Part shown: piece after piece, positions 1-9,775 of the stretch | Numbering within the stretch: the stretch's first letter is position 1 | Layout: each line of letters begins with the position of its first letter | NCBI GenBank assembly: GCA_029052265.1 | Contig: JAIDJJ010000328.1 | Coordinates: 1 to 50,988 of the forward strand | Length of the DNA: 50,988 nucleotides | Source of the DNA: Muribaculaceae bacterium | GTDB taxonomy: Bacteria > Bacteroidota > Bacteroidia > Bacteroidales > Muribaculaceae | Direction: 5' to 3' | Translations under genes and position numbers: made by a program | Notes under the pieces: generated by a model | What the model was told of the DNA's origin: nothing | Database searches by the model: none | Seen by the model: only the letters and a program-made list of their open reading frames with translations

Positions 1-76
1 ACAGCTCAACCCGCTACCCTTGCTTCGGTCAAGACCTGGGGGATTTACGGGGAGCAAGTCGTGCAGGACTCACCCG
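1..76 (-). ncRNA. ffs: Signal recognition particle (4.5S) RNA, 3' end beyond window edge
   Basis: Minus strand reads GGGTGAGTCCTGCACGACTTGCTCCCCGTAAATCCCCCAGG-TCT-TGAC-CGA-AGCAAGGGTAGCGG, i.e. the SRP domain IV CAGG...AGCA internal loop. A consensus Bacteroidetes promoter lies directly upstream. Confidence 0.85.
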
Positions 77-79
77 ATG

Positions 80-111
80 CAAAGTTAGGCATTATTTCGA
101 AATTGACCAAA
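80..111 (-). promoter_or_regulatory. Bacteroidetes sigma-A promoter of ffs
   Basis: TTTG (111-108), 20-nt spacer, TAACTTTG (87-80) on the minus strand. Confidence 0.85.
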
Positions 112-133
112 CAAATTAAGGCATTTTTTAAGC

Positions 134-190
134 AATAAAAATAGCATCGGCTGACACACCTCTATGTATCAGCCGATTTCTATTTTTATT
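134..190. terminator. Intrinsic terminator after the glycoside hydrolase gene
   Basis: ATCGGCTGA/TCAGCCGAT stem flanked by AATAAAAATAG and CTATTTTTATT, 8 nt past the stop codon. Confidence 0.8.
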
Positions 191-197
191 TGACTTC

Positions 198-2528
198 TTA
201 TTTTGAAACTTTTTCTATCAGCACCCCGTCGATTATTGCATGATTTGTGCCGATATTCATATTCTCGTCTTCAGAATTGAACATCAATTTCACTTCATGT
301 TGACCCGGTTCAAGCGTCACACGGACTGAGTTTGACATTCCCCAGTCGTTCCAATTGCCTACCCCACGCTGAGGCATAACCACTGTGCCCACATCTTTGC
401 CGTCTACATAAAGACTACGGATGGCAGCCTTGTTCTCGGTGTTGACCGGTCCGTTGCCATTGGCATAGCGGAACGAGATTGTGTATTCCCCGGCGGGCAT
501 ATTTCCCGGTTTTGTCTCGAACTTTGCCACTACCGGTGATAATGTATGGTCTGTTTCAACAAATCCTTTGCCCCGATATCCCTCGACGCCCTTTTCAGGC
601 TTATAGGAGACTTCCGGAGACTTCATTGACACTGTTTCATTATCCATCTCGCAAAAGACGCGTATGCGGTTGCTACGCGGCTCAGACGCGAAACTTTCCA
701 CGCCTCTGCCGGATACTCCTATCACTTGCCATTCCCCTTCCTCTACAGCAGGCCATGATGTCTGACGTGTGCGACCCACTTCCTTGCCGTCGCGAAGCAC
801 TATATATTCCCCGATGTATTCGATAGGGTTCCATTCAAGAAGATTTGACGCAGGCACACCTTCGCCGGCAAGACTGCTGTCTGACGAAAGCCATGCCATT
901 GGCGTCAGCGGGGCATTGGAATTATTGACGTGATTCACCTTCATCGGAGTGATCGGTTGATTGTCCATCTCAATCACAATATCGCCGCCATTCTTGAGAA
1001 GTTTGGCGGGGATCACTTTCCCCTTCTCCGGATAATACCCCTTTCCGTTGACGGTTATTCCCTGCACACGGTCGCCATATCCTTTCACGGTTATGTTGAG
1101 GCGCGCCCCGCGATACGGAAAGTTTGAAAGCGTCCGCTCCCCGCCTAATGCTTCCGGGACAAAGGGCTCGATCCTCAGACCGTCTTTTTCAAAATGGATT
1201 CCGAAAAGCATCTGATTGGTGAGCGCGATATTTCCGGCAAGGCTCCACAGCATGTTGGAAGAGTTGAGTTCGGTAAATATGTCGCCGTTGTCAAGATTGA
1301 AATTCTCCTTGTTGGTGGCGAACAAGGCTGCGGGACGTATAACGCTGCCGATACCTTCCAGCGCACCCTGCTCGTTGCCTGCCTTAGCCTGCGCGAGCGC
1401 CCAGTAAGACGCCACAAAAGGCCACAACGCATTATTGTGGTAGCTGGGCATATCGTAAATCTGCGGATAGAAAATCGCCGGTCCGTATTTGGTAGTGGGG
1501 TTATTTTCCGAAATTGATTTCTGACGGTCCTTGGGCGCAATGTCGTAAAGGATGGCAAGAGACTCTCCCAATGTCTCGGCACGAGGATTTAGGATCTTGT
1601 TATCCCTGCCGTAGGTATACATCCCGTAATAACCTTTATCCGGCATCCAGAACATCTTGTCGATGGCGGCAGAAAGCTCTTCCGCCTGCCTTGCGTAAGC
1701 TGCAGCCTCTTTCTTTTTACCCAACACACCAGCCATCTCGGAAGCACATTTAAGAGCGGCGGCATAAAGCACGTTTGTACCCATAGCCTCACTCTGCGAA
1801 ATATCTACAGTCTGCATCCATTTCGGATAGCTCTGCTCACGCCAGTCTATGAAAGAGGTCTCCCCTTTTATAAGACCGTTTTCACTTAATATCGTCTTGG
1901 CGTCTTTAGCCATGGATCGCTCCACAACTGGATAGACCGTCTCAAGCCATTTCTTGTCACCGGTCACTTTATATATCTCCCATGCGGCAACAGTCCATAT
2001 CATACGGTCGGAAGAGACCGGCCACGCACCACCCGAACCTGTATCCTGAATAATCTGACCCTCTTTGTTGATCTTCTTCAAAAGGGAATTCATGGAAGCC
2101 TCCGGCTGCATCGACGCCATCGAGAGAATGATGGAATAGCTGACGTCGCGGGTCCACACGCCTGCCCATTCCTTGCCTGTGCGGAGTGTGGTGTCGGGTT
2201 CCACGGCGTTTACCATCTCGTCAAGCCCCATATTGTAGACCGCCTCCATAAGAGGATTTCCTCCGCTCACCTTAGGATAGGCGGAGAGATCGTTTTTCTT
2301 TACCCACGTCTGACTTATCGGCATGAAATATCCCGGTTGCGCCTTGTATGTGGAGCGGATCTCATATGGGTTTTCAGCCCACGCCTTAAACTCGTCCTGA
2401 TAAAGGGTATCCCCTTTCCATGTGTAGGCATCGGTGGAGACCACTACATCTCCCGATGCATAGGCGACGCCACCCCCGGCAAGGAGGGCGGCACCGCCTA
2501 TCAAAGTTGAAATTTTCTTTCGCTTCAT
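198..2528 (-). CDS. Secreted (alpha/alpha)6 glycoside hydrolase (amylo-alpha-1,6-glucosidase/debranching-like) with C-terminal CBM6/35-like module
   Basis: Signal peptide (AYA-S). Motifs GKEWAGVWTRDVSYS, DTGSGGAWP and YHNNALWPF. C-terminal FRYANG...NWNDW CBM-like region. Confidence 0.75.
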   Translation of the reverse strand: MKRKKISTLIGGAALLAGGGVAYASGDVVVSTDAYTWKGDTLYQDEFKAWAENPYEIRSTYKAQPGYFMPISQTWVKKNDLSAYPKVSGGNPLMEAVYNMGLDEMVNAVEPDTTLRTGKEWAGVWTRDVSYSIILSMASMQPEASMNSLLKKINKEGQIIQDTGSGGAWPVSSDRMIWTVAAWEIYKVTGDKKWLETVYPVVERSMAKDAKTILSENGLIKGETSFIDWREQSYPKWMQTVDISQSEAMGTNVLYAAALKCASEMAGVLGKKKEAAAYARQAEELSAAIDKMFWMPDKGYYGMYTYGRDNKILNPRAETLGESLAILYDIAPKDRQKSISENNPTTKYGPAIFYPQIYDMPSYHNNALWPFVASYWALAQAKAGNEQGALEGIGSVIRPAALFATNKENFNLDNGDIFTELNSSNMLWSLAGNIALTNQMLFGIHFEKDGLRIEPFVPEALGGERTLSNFPYRGARLNITVKGYGDRVQGITVNGKGYYPEKGKVIPAKLLKNGGDIVIEMDNQPITPMKVNHVNNSNAPLTPMAWLSSDSSLAGEGVPASNLLEWNPIEYIGEYIVLRDGKEVGRTRQTSWPAVEEGEWQVIGVSGRGVESFASEPRSNRIRVFCEMDNETVSMKSPEVSYKPEKGVEGYRGKGFVETDHTLSPVVAKFETKPGNMPAGEYTISFRYANGNGPVNTENKAAIRSLYVDGKDVGTVVMPQRGVGNWNDWGMSNSVRVTLEPGQHEVKLMFNSEDENMNIGTNHAIIDGVLIEKVSK

Positions 2529-2560
2529 TATTTAGTTAAGTTTTTAATTTTACGGCATGA

Positions 2561-4822
2561 TTATTTTTTCTGCCGTCGTTTATTGCCTCCGCGTGAACGG
2601 CTCTTCTTTTTGTCTTTGGGATTATGACGCGGATTCCTGCTCTTGCTTTCCTTAAGCGGCTTGTTGGGATTCCCGTCGTCTGAAATCAATGCGAAGTCGA
2701 GCTGCTTGCGGTCGAGGTCGGCTCGTGCCACCTGCACCTTCACCTGATCTCCGAGCGTATACTTGTTGTGATATTTTCTTCCGATAAGACAATAGTTTTT
2801 CTCATCGAAATCATAATAGTCGTCGGCAAGGTCACGCACCGGCACCAACCCTTCGCATTTATTGTCGTCAAGCTCCACATACAGCCCCCACTCCGTCACT
2901 CCGGAGATTACCCCGGAATAAATCTCGCCGAGACGGTCCTGCATGAACTCTACCTGCTTGTAGCGTATCGAGGCACGTTCCGCATTTGCGGCAAGCTGCT
3001 CCATATCGGACGAATGCTTGCATTGGTCTTCGAGTTTTATTTTGTCTGTGCTGCGCGCGCCGTCTGCATACTTGGCGATAAGACGGTGCACCATCATGTC
3101 CGGGTAGCGGCGTATGGGTGAAGTGAAATGGGTATAATAGTCAAGAGCGAGACCGTAGTGACCGACATTCTCGGTCGTATAGGTGGCTTTCGCCATACTG
3201 CGGATGGCAAGCATCGCAAGCATGTTTTCCTCGCCACGCCCCTTCACATCCTTGAGCATTCTGTTGAGGCTCTTGTTGACCTCCTTCGCCGTGCCCTCGG
3301 CCTTCACCTTAAATCCGAATCTTTGCGCGATCTGAGAGAAGTTGGTTATCTTCTCCGGATCCGGATTGTCGTGCACACGGTAGACAAACGATTTCGCCTT
3401 TTTCCCCTTGGGCACTTTCCCTACACTTTCAGCCACGGTCAGATTGGCAAGGAGCATAAACTCCTCAATGAGTTTGTTGGCGTCTTTCGATTCCTTGAAA
3501 TATACGCTGACGGGCTTCCCTTGTTCATCAATTTCAAAGCGTACTTCCGCACGGTCAAATTCAAGGGCACCGTTTTCGTAACGGCGTCGGCGCAATTCTT
3601 TTGCGAGTTTATCGAGTGTCAGCACCTCTTTAGCATAGTCCCCTTCTCCGGTCTCTATTATCTGCTGAGCCTCCTCGTATGTGAAACGGCGGTTGGATTT
3701 GATCACAGTCCTTCCGATACGATAGTTCAGCACATTCGCTTTTGCGTCGAGTTCGAATATCGCCGAGAAAGTAAGTTTCTCCTCATCCGGCCGGAGTGAG
3801 CAGATCCCGTTTGAGAGATGCTCCGGGAGCATCGGGATCGTGCGGTCTACAAGATAGACACTGGTGGCGCGCTGCTGCGCCTCCCGGTCAATAATGGAAT
3901 TTGGGGTGACATAATGCGTGACATCGGCGATATGCACGCCCACCTCCCAGTTGCCGTTGGCAAGCTGACGGATTGAAAGAGCGTCGTCGAAGTCTTTCGC
4001 ATCCCGGGGGTCGATTGTGAAAGTCACCACGCCACGGAAGTCTTCACGTTTCGCCACTTCTTCGGGAGTGATCCCGGCATCGATCCTGTCTGCCGCTTTC
4101 TCCACATTTTCGGGATATTTATAGGGCAATCCGAATTCTGCGAGTATGGCATGCATCTCCGCGGTGTTCTCCCCTTTTCTTCCGAGAATATCGACCACCT
4201 CCCCGCGGGGGTTCATCTCCTCGTCACGCCACTGGGTGATGCGCGCGATAGCCTTGTCGCCGGTCTTTCCCCCTTTCAGTTTCGAACGGGGAATTATTAT
4301 GTCGGCGGCAAGGAATTTTGAATCCGTGACGAGCGCGGCATAGTTTTTCTCGACATTGAGAGTGCCGATGAACACCTGATCTTTCGGTTCGACAATCTCG
4401 ATAACCTTCGCCTCTGGTTCCTGTCCCTTACGGTTGGCAGAGATCTCAACGCGTACCTTGTCGCCGTTCAATGCGTGCATGGAATTACGCTCTGCCACGA
4501 GAATCACCTCGTCATCGATCATAACCCCGTTTTTACCGTTGCTGCGCCGCACAAAGACACCTGTATTCTCGGTGCCGCGGTTGCTGTTTGCCTTGTATCT
4601 TCCGAGATCCACCTCAAGGATGATATCTGCGGCGGCAAGTTCATCGAGAATATTGATCACGTCATTGCGGTTTGCCGGATGAGTGGCGCCCACGGCAAAC
4701 GCAACCTGCTTATAGTTGAACGCCTGTCTCTTCTCTTTTTCAAGAAAAGACAGTATCTTCTCCTGAAGATCTTTCTTTTTCATGCGCGGGGCCTTTGGCT
4801 CCACTTTATCCTTAGCTTTCAT
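2561..4822 (-). CDS. rnr: Ribonuclease R
   Basis: RNB motifs TIDPRDAKDFDDA and HFTSPIRRYPD, S1 domain, basic C-terminal tail. Confidence 0.97.
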   Translation of the reverse strand: MKAKDKVEPKAPRMKKKDLQEKILSFLEKEKRQAFNYKQVAFAVGATHPANRNDVINILDELAAADIILEVDLGRYKANSNRGTENTGVFVRRSNGKNGVMIDDEVILVAERNSMHALNGDKVRVEISANRKGQEPEAKVIEIVEPKDQVFIGTLNVEKNYAALVTDSKFLAADIIIPRSKLKGGKTGDKAIARITQWRDEEMNPRGEVVDILGRKGENTAEMHAILAEFGLPYKYPENVEKAADRIDAGITPEEVAKREDFRGVVTFTIDPRDAKDFDDALSIRQLANGNWEVGVHIADVTHYVTPNSIIDREAQQRATSVYLVDRTIPMLPEHLSNGICSLRPDEEKLTFSAIFELDAKANVLNYRIGRTVIKSNRRFTYEEAQQIIETGEGDYAKEVLTLDKLAKELRRRRYENGALEFDRAEVRFEIDEQGKPVSVYFKESKDANKLIEEFMLLANLTVAESVGKVPKGKKAKSFVYRVHDNPDPEKITNFSQIAQRFGFKVKAEGTAKEVNKSLNRMLKDVKGRGEENMLAMLAIRSMAKATYTTENVGHYGLALDYYTHFTSPIRRYPDMMVHRLIAKYADGARSTDKIKLEDQCKHSSDMEQLAANAERASIRYKQVEFMQDRLGEIYSGVISGVTEWGLYVELDDNKCEGLVPVRDLADDYYDFDEKNYCLIGRKYHNKYTLGDQVKVQVARADLDRKQLDFALISDDGNPNKPLKESKSRNPRHNPKDKKKSRSRGGNKRRQKK

Positions 4823-4909
4823 ATCGGGTGGTTACTTTTCGTTTTTCCTGATGTCTTTTTATATTATAACGTCACATCCTTGTTTTCGTTATAAGCGCAG
4901 CTAAAATAA

Positions 4910-6979
4910 TTATCTGTTCTCTCCTTGCGAAGCCTCCTTGTTCCGGAAATGGTCGTAGATAATTTTTGCCTTTGCGTTGCCCACACATTCCGCAAGCTGC
5001 TCCATTGTCGCCTCTTTCACCCGCTTTACGCTTTTGAAAGTTTTCATGAGCATTTGAGCGGTGACATCTCCCACGCCTTTCACAGAGTCGAGTTCACTCA
5101 CCACCTGACCTTTGGAACGGCGCGATCTGTGGTGGGTTATTCCGAAACGGTGAGCCTCGTCGCGCAACGCCTGCACCACCTGCAGACTGCGGCTTTTCTT
5201 GTCGATATATAACGGCAACTGGTCGCCGGGGAAATAAATCTCCTCAAGGCGTTTCGCGATTCCCACCAACGCCACCTCTCCCCTTATCCCCATTTCATCG
5301 AAAGCTTCCACAGCCGCGCTGAGCTGCCCTTTGCCTCCGTCGACCACCACAAGCTGCGGCAACGGTTCCCCCTCCGCCATCATTCTTGAATAACGCCGGT
5401 GAAGCACCTCTTTCATTGATGCGAAATCATCCGGACCCACTACTGTCTTGATTATAAAATGGCGGTAGTCTTTCTTTGAGGGCTTCCCGTTGCGGAACAC
5501 CACACAGCTCGCCACCGGATTCGTGCCCTGGATATTTGAATTATCAAAACATTCGATATGTCGCGGCTCGACATTAAGCCGGAAATCCTTTTTCATCTGC
5601 TCCATCAGCTTGACCACTCCTTTTTCCGGGTCAAGCTTCTCCGCCATTTTCTCCTTGTCGTGCATATATTGCCTTACGTTTTTCATACCCACGTCAAGAA
5701 TCTTTTTACGGTCGCCTCGTTTGGGCACCACAAATTCCATATTCTCAAATTCCACATCCGGCTCAAAGGGCACTATGACCGTCTTGAAATCCCGTTCAAA
5801 ACGCCGCGAGATTTCCCATATCGCCATCGAAAGTATCTCTGCCGGAGTTTCCGCAAGCTTGCGGCGGAATTCCATGTTCAGGCTCTGCACTACTGCCCCG
5901 TGATGAAGATGCATGAAATTCACGAATGCGGAATCTCCGTTTTCATCGTAAGCGAACATGTCCGCATCAGCCTCCTCGGTGACGGCGATGACAGATTTGG
6001 CATTATACTTTTTCACCGCCTCGTATTTCTCCTTCATCTCCTGCGCCTCCTCGAATTTCCATTCCGCGCCAAGACGTGCCATCTCTTCTTTCAGATAATT
6101 TTCCAACACCACTGTCTCCCCTCCGAGAATCTGTCGCACCTGAGCCACAAATTTTCCGTATTCATCGGGATTTATCAGCCCTCTGCAAGCCCCGCTGCAT
6201 TTTTTAATATGATAATCGAGACACAGCCTGAACTTATTTCTGGCAATACTTTTTTCATCGAGCAAATGGCGGCAGCTCCGCAGCGGATACACATCCCTGA
6301 TAAGCTGCAGCACCACCTTCGCCGCCTGGACATTGGAGTATGGTCCGTAATATTTCCCATGAATACCCTTTTCCCTTGTCATGAAAACTCTTGGATAAAG
6401 CTCTTTCGTGACCACTATCCAGGGATATGATTTGTCATCTTTGAGCAACACGTTATAATGTGGCTTATATGCCTTGATCATGGCGTTCTCAAGATGGAGG
6501 GCATCCTCTTCCGTGGCAACAACTATGAATCGCATATCCACGATATTTCTCACAAGAAGGTTCGTCTTTACCGAATCATGACGGCGGTTGAAATAAGAAG
6601 AAACCCTTCTCTTAAGCCTCTTCGCCTTCCCCACATATATCACCTTCCCATGTTTGTCGATATACATATATACGCCGGGAGCCTCCGGAAGATTGAGGAT
6701 TTTATCTCTGAGATGGGTCCCGGGACGATTGTTAAACAGATCGTCTTTTGTCCTGTCGGGAGTTATTTCTATTTCAAACTTCCCCATTTCATCGATATTT
6801 CTACCGACATCCGCAAGCAGTTCGTCAATTGCTGCGCGCACATCTTCGTGGCGCGCCACTACCATCGGTTCCCCGGGCACGGGCATATGAAGCATCGGAA
6901 GACGGCAGGCGCCCTCCCCGCTCCCGCCACATCCGCCGGCAGGCGGAGTGGTTTCTATACTTTTTTCAGAAATTTCCAT
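4910..6979 (-). CDS. uvrC: Excinuclease ABC subunit C (start uncertain)
   Basis: GIY-YIG region LPEAPGVY...IYVGKAK, RNase H-like IECFDNSN and DGGKGQ, C-terminal HhH. Confidence 0.96.
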   Translation of the reverse strand: MEISEKSIETTPPAGGCGGSGEGACRLPMLHMPVPGEPMVVARHEDVRAAIDELLADVGRNIDEMGKFEIEITPDRTKDDLFNNRPGTHLRDKILNLPEAPGVYMYIDKHGKVIYVGKAKRLKRRVSSYFNRRHDSVKTNLLVRNIVDMRFIVVATEEDALHLENAMIKAYKPHYNVLLKDDKSYPWIVVTKELYPRVFMTREKGIHGKYYGPYSNVQAAKVVLQLIRDVYPLRSCRHLLDEKSIARNKFRLCLDYHIKKCSGACRGLINPDEYGKFVAQVRQILGGETVVLENYLKEEMARLGAEWKFEEAQEMKEKYEAVKKYNAKSVIAVTEEADADMFAYDENGDSAFVNFMHLHHGAVVQSLNMEFRRKLAETPAEILSMAIWEISRRFERDFKTVIVPFEPDVEFENMEFVVPKRGDRKKILDVGMKNVRQYMHDKEKMAEKLDPEKGVVKLMEQMKKDFRLNVEPRHIECFDNSNIQGTNPVASCVVFRNGKPSKKDYRHFIIKTVVGPDDFASMKEVLHRRYSRMMAEGEPLPQLVVVDGGKGQLSAAVEAFDEMGIRGEVALVGIAKRLEEIYFPGDQLPLYIDKKSRSLQVVQALRDEAHRFGITHHRSRRSKGQVVSELDSVKGVGDVTAQMLMKTFKSVKRVKEATMEQLAECVGNAKAKIIYDHFRNKEASQGENR

Positions 6980-7081
6980 ATACCATATAACTCGAAGGTG
7001 CCCCCGCCGGTTGCGGGAGCACCTTCGGATCTTTCACCCCTTGCGGGACGCAAGACCATAAATCATCAACTATAAAAATCA

Positions 7082-7110
7082 CAAATCTGCCGACAGAATC
7101 GGCAGATTTG
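7082..7110 (-). terminator. Hairpin/terminator after apt
   Basis: 12-bp stem CAAATCTGCCGA/TCGGCAGATTTG immediately after the apt stop, followed by TGATTTTT on the minus strand. Confidence 0.65.
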
Positions 7111-7113
7111 GCA

Positions 7114-7638
7114 TCAATATTTCAAAAGAGATGTCACCTCACAGTCTTTTGGAAGATTGTCTCTTCCGTTAAGAGCCGTCAGTTCCACTATGAAATTTAT
7201 ATAAATTTTCTTAGGGTTCATACTCTTCACAAGTTCATAACATGCCTCCATCGTGCCGCCGGTGGCGAGCAGGTCGTCATGAAGCACCACCACGTCGTCG
7301 GAAGTTATCGCATCGCTGTGAAGCTCTATCGTGTCGACACCATACTCTTTGGCATATGCCTTCTTGATAGTAACCGACGGGAGTTTGCCCGGCTTTCTGG
7401 CAGGCACAAATCCGCTCCCGAGCTCATATGCAAGGATACTGCCCCCGATGAAACCGCGCGATTCTATCCCCACCACTTTGGTCACGCCCTTGTCTCTGTA
7501 GAGGTCGGCAAGAGCCTTGCTCATCGTTTTAAGTGCCTCCCCATTTTTCAGCATTGTGGTAAGATCGCGGAAGATTATCCCCTTCGAGGGGAAATCAGGT
7601 ACATCGCGGATCAGACTTCTTAGATTTTCAAGTTCCAT
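7114..7638 (-). CDS. apt: Adenine phosphoribosyltransferase
   Basis: DFPSKGIIFRD, GIESRGF, ARKPGKLP and the PRPP motif DDLLATGGT. ATG at 7638 preferred over TTG at 7656. Confidence 0.96.
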   Translation of the reverse strand: MELENLRSLIRDVPDFPSKGIIFRDLTTMLKNGEALKTMSKALADLYRDKGVTKVVGIESRGFIGGSILAYELGSGFVPARKPGKLPSVTIKKAYAKEYGVDTIELHSDAITSDDVVVLHDDLLATGGTMEACYELVKSMNPKKIYINFIVELTALNGRDNLPKDCEVTSLLKY

Positions 7639-7665
7639 ATCTGTCAGTTTTGTCAATTCATTTTA

Positions 7666-7681
7666 TGTTCCACGTGGAACA
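7666..7681. promoter_or_regulatory. parS centromere-like site
   Basis: Perfect 16-bp palindrome TGTTCCACGTGGAACA matching the ParB parS consensus; intergenic. Confidence 0.92.
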
Positions 7682-7803
7682 ATTTCGTCCTATCTTATTT
7701 ATAGTCCGTATTTAAGAAACGGAGAACCGCGTTACAGATTGTAATGCGGCATCAATAAAAAATCTCGTCGGCACGCTTTCATTGCCGGCACTTAAAAAGG
7801 GTG

Positions 7804-9759
7804 TCAACGGTGAAGCAGCACGAGAAGGATATTTATATCGGCAGGCGACACACCGGGAATCCTGGATGCCTGCCCGATTGTTGCCGGACGGATCTTGGAG
7901 AGTTTCTGTCTTGCCTCTGTCGACAGCGACAACATTGAATGATAATCGAGGTCTTCGGGGAGCTTGACATATTCAAGACGCTTAGCCTTCTCTGCAAGAT
8001 CTTTTTCCCTGGCTATGTATCCTCCATACTTTATCAGTATCTCTGCCGCTTCCACAATCTCTTCTCTCCGGTCTGCCTCTATCTCCTGTATCCGTTTTTC
8101 AAGCCGGCGGATAATTGCCGCAAGATTCGAGAAATTAAGCTGCGGTCTCTTGAGCAGCTCCACAAGCCTCACAGAAGCCGACAGAGGCGTTGTGCCGAGC
8201 TGTCTGAGCGCATCATTTATCTTGTCGCCCATCTTCACTGTAAACGCCCCACACCACTCTATGAGGGCGTCACGCTCTTTAAGTTTTGAGACCATTGCCT
8301 GATAGCGCCCTTCATCGGCAAGCCCGACTGCATATCCTTTCGGTGTAAGCCTCATGTCTGCATCATCCTGACGCAGCAGTATACGGTATTCAGCACGCGA
8401 CGTGAACATCCTGTATGGCTCGTCAACCCCTTTTGTCACGAGATCGTCGATAAGCACCCCTATATAAGCCTCATCTCTGCCAAGCACCATCGGATCTTTT
8501 CCGGCGGAGCTTCTTGCCGCATTGACACCTGCAACGAGCCCCTGCGCACCAGCCTCCTCATATCCTGTGGTGCCGTTGATCTGTCCGGCAAAATACAATC
8601 CTTCCACAAGCTTTGTCTGAAGATCATGCGTCAACTGGGTGGGATCGAAATAGTCGTATTCTATCGCATAGCCGGGTCTATAGAAATGAACATCCCTTAG
8701 CGCGGGCACTTTCTGCAATGCCGAAAGCTGAACATCCCAGGGCAATGAACTCGAAAAGCCGTTTATATAGAACTCATTGGTGTTCTCCCCTTCAGGCTCC
8801 AAAAACAACTGATGACTTTCCTTGTCGGAGAAGGTCACTATCTTGGTTTCGATACTCGGGCAATAGCGCGGTCCTATACTCTGGATCTGACCGTTGTATA
8901 ACGGGGATGATTCGAGGTTGTCATGAAGGATTTTGTGCGTATCGGGATTCGTGTGGACAATAAAGCAGCTGCGGGGGGAAAGCGTGCGGCACACGTCAGG
9001 AAGGAAGGAGAATTTATGGAAATCTCGTTTCACAAGCTCCACCCTTACCTCTTTTCCGCCATCTTCAACCTCCTCAGCCTTTACAATATCATCTCCGTCC
9101 TGCCGCTCGGCAAGAGAGAAATCTATTGATCGCCCGTCGATACGCGCCGGGGTGCCGGTCTTCATTCTCATCACAGAGAAACCCATCTCTTTCAACTGAT
9201 CTGACAGTCCGGTGGAAGCGGGCTCTGCGATACGTCCTCCTGCTATCTGAGTCGCTCCGAAATGCATCAGACCGTTAAGGAATGTACCGTTTGTAAGCAC
9301 CACTTTTTTGGCTTCGAAAACAAATCCGAGAGCTGTCTTCACTCCCGATATTTTTGTTTTTCCTCCATCGGTGTCGAATGTCAGGCTGCATACCATGTCT
9401 TGGAAAAGATCAAGACGGTCGGTAGTTTCCAGGATATGCCTCCATTCCTTTATATATCGTTCTCGATCAGACTGCACCCGGGGAGACCACACCGCAGGTC
9501 CCTTGGAACGGTTGAGCATCCGGAACTGGATTGCAGTTCGGTCCGCCACAATACCCATCTGTCCGCCTAATGCATCTATTTCCCTGACTATCTGACCTTT
9601 TGCAATACCTCCGACAGCCGGATTGCACGACATCTGCGCCACCCGGTTAAGATCGGATGTGATCAGAAGTGTGGATGCTCCGATACGGGCTGACGCCACA
9701 GCGGCTTCACAGCCGGCATGTCCGGCACCCACGACGATTACATCATATTTGAATTTCAT
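7804..9759 (-). CDS. mnmG: tRNA U34 carboxymethylaminomethyl modification enzyme MnmG/GidA
   Basis: GAGHAGCEAA, MSCNPAVGG, GPRYCPSIE, GQINGTTGYEEA. Confidence 0.98.
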   Translation of the reverse strand: MKFKYDVIVVGAGHAGCEAAVASARIGASTLLITSDLNRVAQMSCNPAVGGIAKGQIVREIDALGGQMGIVADRTAIQFRMLNRSKGPAVWSPRVQSDRERYIKEWRHILETTDRLDLFQDMVCSLTFDTDGGKTKISGVKTALGFVFEAKKVVLTNGTFLNGLMHFGATQIAGGRIAEPASTGLSDQLKEMGFSVMRMKTGTPARIDGRSIDFSLAERQDGDDIVKAEEVEDGGKEVRVELVKRDFHKFSFLPDVCRTLSPRSCFIVHTNPDTHKILHDNLESSPLYNGQIQSIGPRYCPSIETKIVTFSDKESHQLFLEPEGENTNEFYINGFSSSLPWDVQLSALQKVPALRDVHFYRPGYAIEYDYFDPTQLTHDLQTKLVEGLYFAGQINGTTGYEEAGAQGLVAGVNAARSSAGKDPMVLGRDEAYIGVLIDDLVTKGVDEPYRMFTSRAEYRILLRQDDADMRLTPKGYAVGLADEGRYQAMVSKLKERDALIEWCGAFTVKMGDKINDALRQLGTTPLSASVRLVELLKRPQLNFSNLAAIIRRLEKRIQEIEADRREEIVEAAEILIKYGGYIAREKDLAEKAKRLEYVKLPEDLDYHSMLSLSTEARQKLSKIRPATIGQASRIPGVSPADINILLVLLHR

Positions 9760-9775
9760 ATTTTCTAATAGCTGC

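Noticed and set aside
5558-6430. 290-aa plus-strand ORF, and similar long ORFs at 3128-3799, 28078-28983, 36844-37578 and 41027-41695
   Set aside because: Antisense shadows of well-conserved genes (uvrC, rnr, ftsZ, mraY, ftsI) with no recognisable motifs.
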